DNA of 64,000 nucleotides from NCBI GenBank assembly GCA_000146465.1, contig CP001952.1; one strand, 5' to 3'. Shown piece by piece: positions 61,266 to 64,000 of this stretch (position 1 is its first letter; each line of letters starts with the position of its first letter). The notes under the pieces were generated by a model. It saw only the letters and a program-made list of their open reading frames with translations, ran no database searches and was not told where the DNA came from. The position numbers and the translations under genes were made by a program.

Positions 61266-62444
61266 CTATCTTCCAGCCTCAGGCTTATTTCTTTTTGTGA
61301 TTGTTAGAAAGCTGATTCCCAAGGCTTCTTTGAATGTGATGATCACTTTTGAAGCCACCAAGATGTAGTAAACAGAGGAAAAGACAAAAGAGACAGCTAT
61401 AAAGGCTTCTCGGAACTTCTTAGGATTTTGTAGTTGTAAGACAACGGAAATCATCAGATACATCAAATACACGGGGATGAACAGGAACAAGTCCTTTCCG
61501 ATGATGTATGAAAATACCTCGTTGACATACTTTATCGAAAATATCTGCCCAAACATTAAAATGTTTAGATATTGTATCCACAAACTTTCTGTACTGAGAG
61601 TGTTGTGAAGAACAACGAACGATGCTATGAGGGACATCATCCTTAGAAAAGTTGAGTATAAAGAAAGTCTCCTTGGAGGACGCATTTTGGATTCTATCGA
61701 TATCAAGGTCAATATAGTATTGCCAACCAGGCATGTAGTAATGATTGCCGAGATTGCACTAAAGTTGTTTGTTCTCAAGATCAAGGAGTAAGTCTTTTTG
61801 ATGGGCCAGAGGAACTCGTCGGAAAAGACATATTGGAAAAAGCCTTTTCCACATAGAGAGGTAATAAGATGCGATATCAAAGCAAATGCTATGCCCTCTG
61901 AAGCTCCACTGATTTTTCCCAAAACAAAGTGCCCGGTGAATTTTTCCTCGATTCCAGCAAGATAGAACTCGATCATGATGGCCAATGTGAATATCAAGAA
62001 TTTCTGAGATAGCCCAAATCCGAATGCAGAGGAAAGAGCTATGCTTGTGGCAAGTGCACAGCATGAATCCACCCCATGGTCAAAAAGTTGTCCTAAAGGA
62101 GACCCGGACCCTGTTTTCCTGGCCTGGGCACCGTCTAGATTGTCGCATGTAAAGTACACAAACATCAGAAAAAAGTTTACCAACGAAAGAAGTCTGGGCG
62201 GGTTGCATAAGTAGGGATCAAATATCAGAGTTAGGCCCAAGCTGATTGCCATTGCAATAAATCCACAGAGAGTTAGTGTATTTGGGGCTACTGTTGCAGG
62301 TATTTTTTCTAGTGACCATTTGACATAGTGATGGATTACATACTTCGAGAGGATGGAGTTGTCTGTTCCAATAAATCTATGTTTCCTTAAGCTTGAAAGC
62401 TCATCAGCTCCCAGCTCTATTTTGAAGAAACTTCCTTTTAGCAT
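61266..62444 (-). CDS. Choline/ethanolamine phosphotransferase (CDP-alcohol phosphatidyltransferase family)
   Basis: DNLDGAQARKTGSGSPLGQLFDHGVDSCCALATS is the D-G-x2-A-R-x8-G-x3-D-x3-D motif. There are multiple TM segments. The listed ORF extends to 63080 from a TTG, and the first ATG (MLKGSFFKIELGADEL...) is at 62444, which fits the CPT/EPT N-terminus. Confidence 0.85.
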   Translation of the reverse strand: MLKGSFFKIELGADELSSLRKHRFIGTDNSILSKYVIHHYVKWSLEKIPATVAPNTLTLCGFIAMAISLGLTLIFDPYLCNPPRLLSLVNFFLMFVYFTCDNLDGAQARKTGSGSPLGQLFDHGVDSCCALATSIALSSAFGFGLSQKFLIFTLAIMIEFYLAGIEEKFTGHFVLGKISGASEGIAFALISHLITSLCGKGFFQYVFSDEFLWPIKKTYSLILRTNNFSAISAIITTCLVGNTILTLISIESKMRPPRRLSLYSTFLRMMSLIASFVVLHNTLSTESLWIQYLNILMFGQIFSIKYVNEVFSYIIGKDLFLFIPVYLMYLMISVVLQLQNPKKFREAFIAVSFVFSSVYYILVASKVIITFKEALGISFLTITKRNKPEAGR

Positions 62445-62574
62445 CGGGGGAGGAGTGTGGCTGAATATATAAGGATGCAGTTTAATTCTTTTTGATAAAT
62501 TACTATATAATTCCAAATGAGGAACTCGAAAGTAACAGAGAAGAATTGAGGATTTGCAACCTGTATTTGAAGGA

Positions 62575-63462
62575 ATGGAAACCCCCCAGAAAGTTATGAT
62601 AGATGCCAATAATGAAAAGAAAAGCCAGTCCAAGCAGCTTTGTCCGATAAAGATTCCGTTGGCCGGGCCTCTTAAAGACATGATAGGAAGAGAGGTGGGA
62701 GACAAAGCTTCTACGGTAATTGATATTCTCGAGGGGGTGGTACCTACAGTGTCTCCAGAAGACATGTACAGCGAGTTGGTAGAGGCGTTGAGTCCTGTAG
62801 TAGACCAGAAGGCGAAAGGACTAGTAGGAAAGGTTATGGCGTACAAAAGGAAGACTTGCCGAGATGGAGACGAATGTAAGGCAAAGAATTGCATTTTTTT
62901 GCATAGCTGGGATAGAAAGAGTGGGGAAGGCTCTGTCCAGACAGGGTCCAAGGGAAGAGAAGAAGGAATAGATAGCGGGGAGGTGACTGGAAAGAGAAGG
63001 AGAACAAATGAATCAAATGAAAATAATGAGGTGGTGTTCAACAAAGTAAACGAGTCAAGGCATAATCCAGAAAATCTCAAGGCTTATGCAGCGAGATTTG
63101 GGAAAGTTGTGAACTTCAAGAGGCTCAATCCCGAAAAGTATCTTGTTGTCTTCGAAGACCCTGAGTCGGCCAGTGAATTGGTGAAATCATCGGAGCCGGT
63201 TCTCGAGGACTTTGGAATTAAGAAGTTCTACAATGTTATAGACAATCTTGTTAAGGTAGAACTCAAAAAGCTGTTTGAAGAGCAAGAAACCGTGATAGAC
63301 AAGATGTCTACGGAGTTTTCTGCTGCACTTCTGGGACATCTACGAAACATAAATATCCGAATAAGGAATTTAGTTCTGAAAGAGAAATTAAAGGACGGAA
63401 CAGGGACAGACAACAAGAGAGGATTTGATCAGGAAAACAGTCTATATTACAACTGTTTCTGA
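62575..63462 (+). CDS. CCCH zinc-finger plus RRM-like RNA-binding protein (RBM26/27- or Nab2-like)
   Basis: C-x5-C-x4-C-x3-H finger (CRDGDECKAKNCIFLH), RRM-like block YLVVFEDPESASELVKSSEPVLEDFGIKKF and a C-terminal coiled coil. The listed start 62554 is TTG and the first ATG is at 62575. Confidence 0.55.
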   Translation: METPQKVMIDANNEKKSQSKQLCPIKIPLAGPLKDMIGREVGDKASTVIDILEGVVPTVSPEDMYSELVEALSPVVDQKAKGLVGKVMAYKRKTCRDGDECKAKNCIFLHSWDRKSGEGSVQTGSKGREEGIDSGEVTGKRRRTNESNENNEVVFNKVNESRHNPENLKAYAARFGKVVNFKRLNPEKYLVVFEDPESASELVKSSEPVLEDFGIKKFYNVIDNLVKVELKKLFEEQETVIDKMSTEFSAALLGHLRNINIRIRNLVLKEKLKDGTGTDNKRGFDQENSLYYNCF

Positions 63463-63554
63463 GGGGCAAACCCCTGTTTTTTATGTTGTTCGCTCTTACC
63501 TTGGAGGAAGAGCGGTGGTATTTATTGAAGTTAATCTTGTTGTCTTAAACCCTG

Positions 63555-63791
63555 ATGAATAAGGACAAGATTAAAAAGACTCAACTACTCAGTGACTTGG
63601 GGAGATTTAAAGGAAAAAAAATAACAGTAACTTTCATTGATGGAAAATCGGTGACTGGAAAGCTCACATCGTTTGATGACGTTGGTAACTGCGTTCTGAA
63701 AAAGTGTGGAGAATGGGACTATGGGAATACCGTAGTGTGCTTGGGAAGAAGCATAGTACTTGTGTGTTTAAACGCACCATACATCCTGTGA
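63555..63791 (+). CDS. Sm-like (LSm) protein
   Basis: LLSDLGRFKGKKITVTFIDGKSVTGKLTSFDDVGNCVLKKC...VVCLGRSIVLV has Sm1/Sm2 motif spacing. Confidence 0.65.
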   Translation: MNKDKIKKTQLLSDLGRFKGKKITVTFIDGKSVTGKLTSFDDVGNCVLKKCGEWDYGNTVVCLGRSIVLVCLNAPYIL

Positions 63792-64000
63792 TGGGCCGAA
63801 GCTGCCGGCAGTTCTTGATGCTGTTAATTGAATGACTGATTAAATAAAACATACTTTGGATATTTATTTCTTTTTTCATGGCCAAGTTTCTCCTTTCTTT
63901 CTCTCGATGGCTATCACTCAAAGAACCTGTAAAATAGATAAAGAACGTTACAAAGAATGTAGATATGGACAAAAAGTACAATGGCACCTCGATCCTCTGA

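Noticed and set aside
63664-63987. 107-aa minus ORF overlapping the LSm gene
   Set aside because: Antisense to a gene with a clear Sm fold signature. Composition is typical of a spurious frame.

Overview
This window reads as a gene-dense stretch of a microsporidian nuclear genome, probably Encephalitozoon-like, at roughly one gene per 1.1-1.2 kb. Evidence for that assignment: intergenic spacers are very short, no canonical long introns are seen, and conserved eukaryotic proteins are markedly shortened (CRM1 1024 aa, PI4K-alpha 1420 aa, Pescadillo 399 aa). Also present are a mitochondrial-type Hsp70 with no presequence, a GPI-type chitin-deacetylase-like protein, and a 29-nt GTAAGT...AG intron. 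About 55 protein-coding genes sit on both strands. The ORF track accepts non-ATG starts, so several starts were moved to the first in-frame ATG. Coordinates taken from my own reading of the sequence, rather than from ORF arithmetic, may be off by 1-2 nt. Confidently recognised products include DYRK kinase, Sin3, MAT1/Tfb3, TPI, exportin-1, dephospho-CoA kinase, RNA polymerase III subunit 2, NEDD8, Stt4-type PI4-kinase, Pescadillo, a kinesin-13 with a SAM domain, CTP synthase, TrpRS, DnaK-type Hsp70, ArfGAP, Rpn11, Pirh2/RCHY1, Rab-GDI, Med31, AC19, a choline/ethanolamine phosphotransferase, 3-methyladenine DNA glycosylase, an LSm protein and eS21. There are two tRNA genes, tRNA-Leu(UAG) and tRNA-Met(CAU). 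No CRISPR array, no prokaryotic operon structure and no recognisable intact transposon were seen. The most notable observations follow. (1) A BolA-like gene is interrupted by a 29-nt microsporidian-type spliceosomal intron. (2) The CPSF160/Cft1 gene is split into two same-strand ORFs by a frameshift. (3) A SAMHD1-like HD-domain dNTPase gene has an extreme pyrimidine-skewed coding strand and a signal-peptide-like N-terminus, and lies next to a decayed multi-frame pseudogene at the window start. (4) The C-terminal two thirds of the CTP synthase gene is compositionally discontinuous and GC-rich. (5) A sub-threshold 56-aa ORF lies between Rpn11 and a small secretory protein gene. (6) The dephospho-CoA kinase has a tail anchor.
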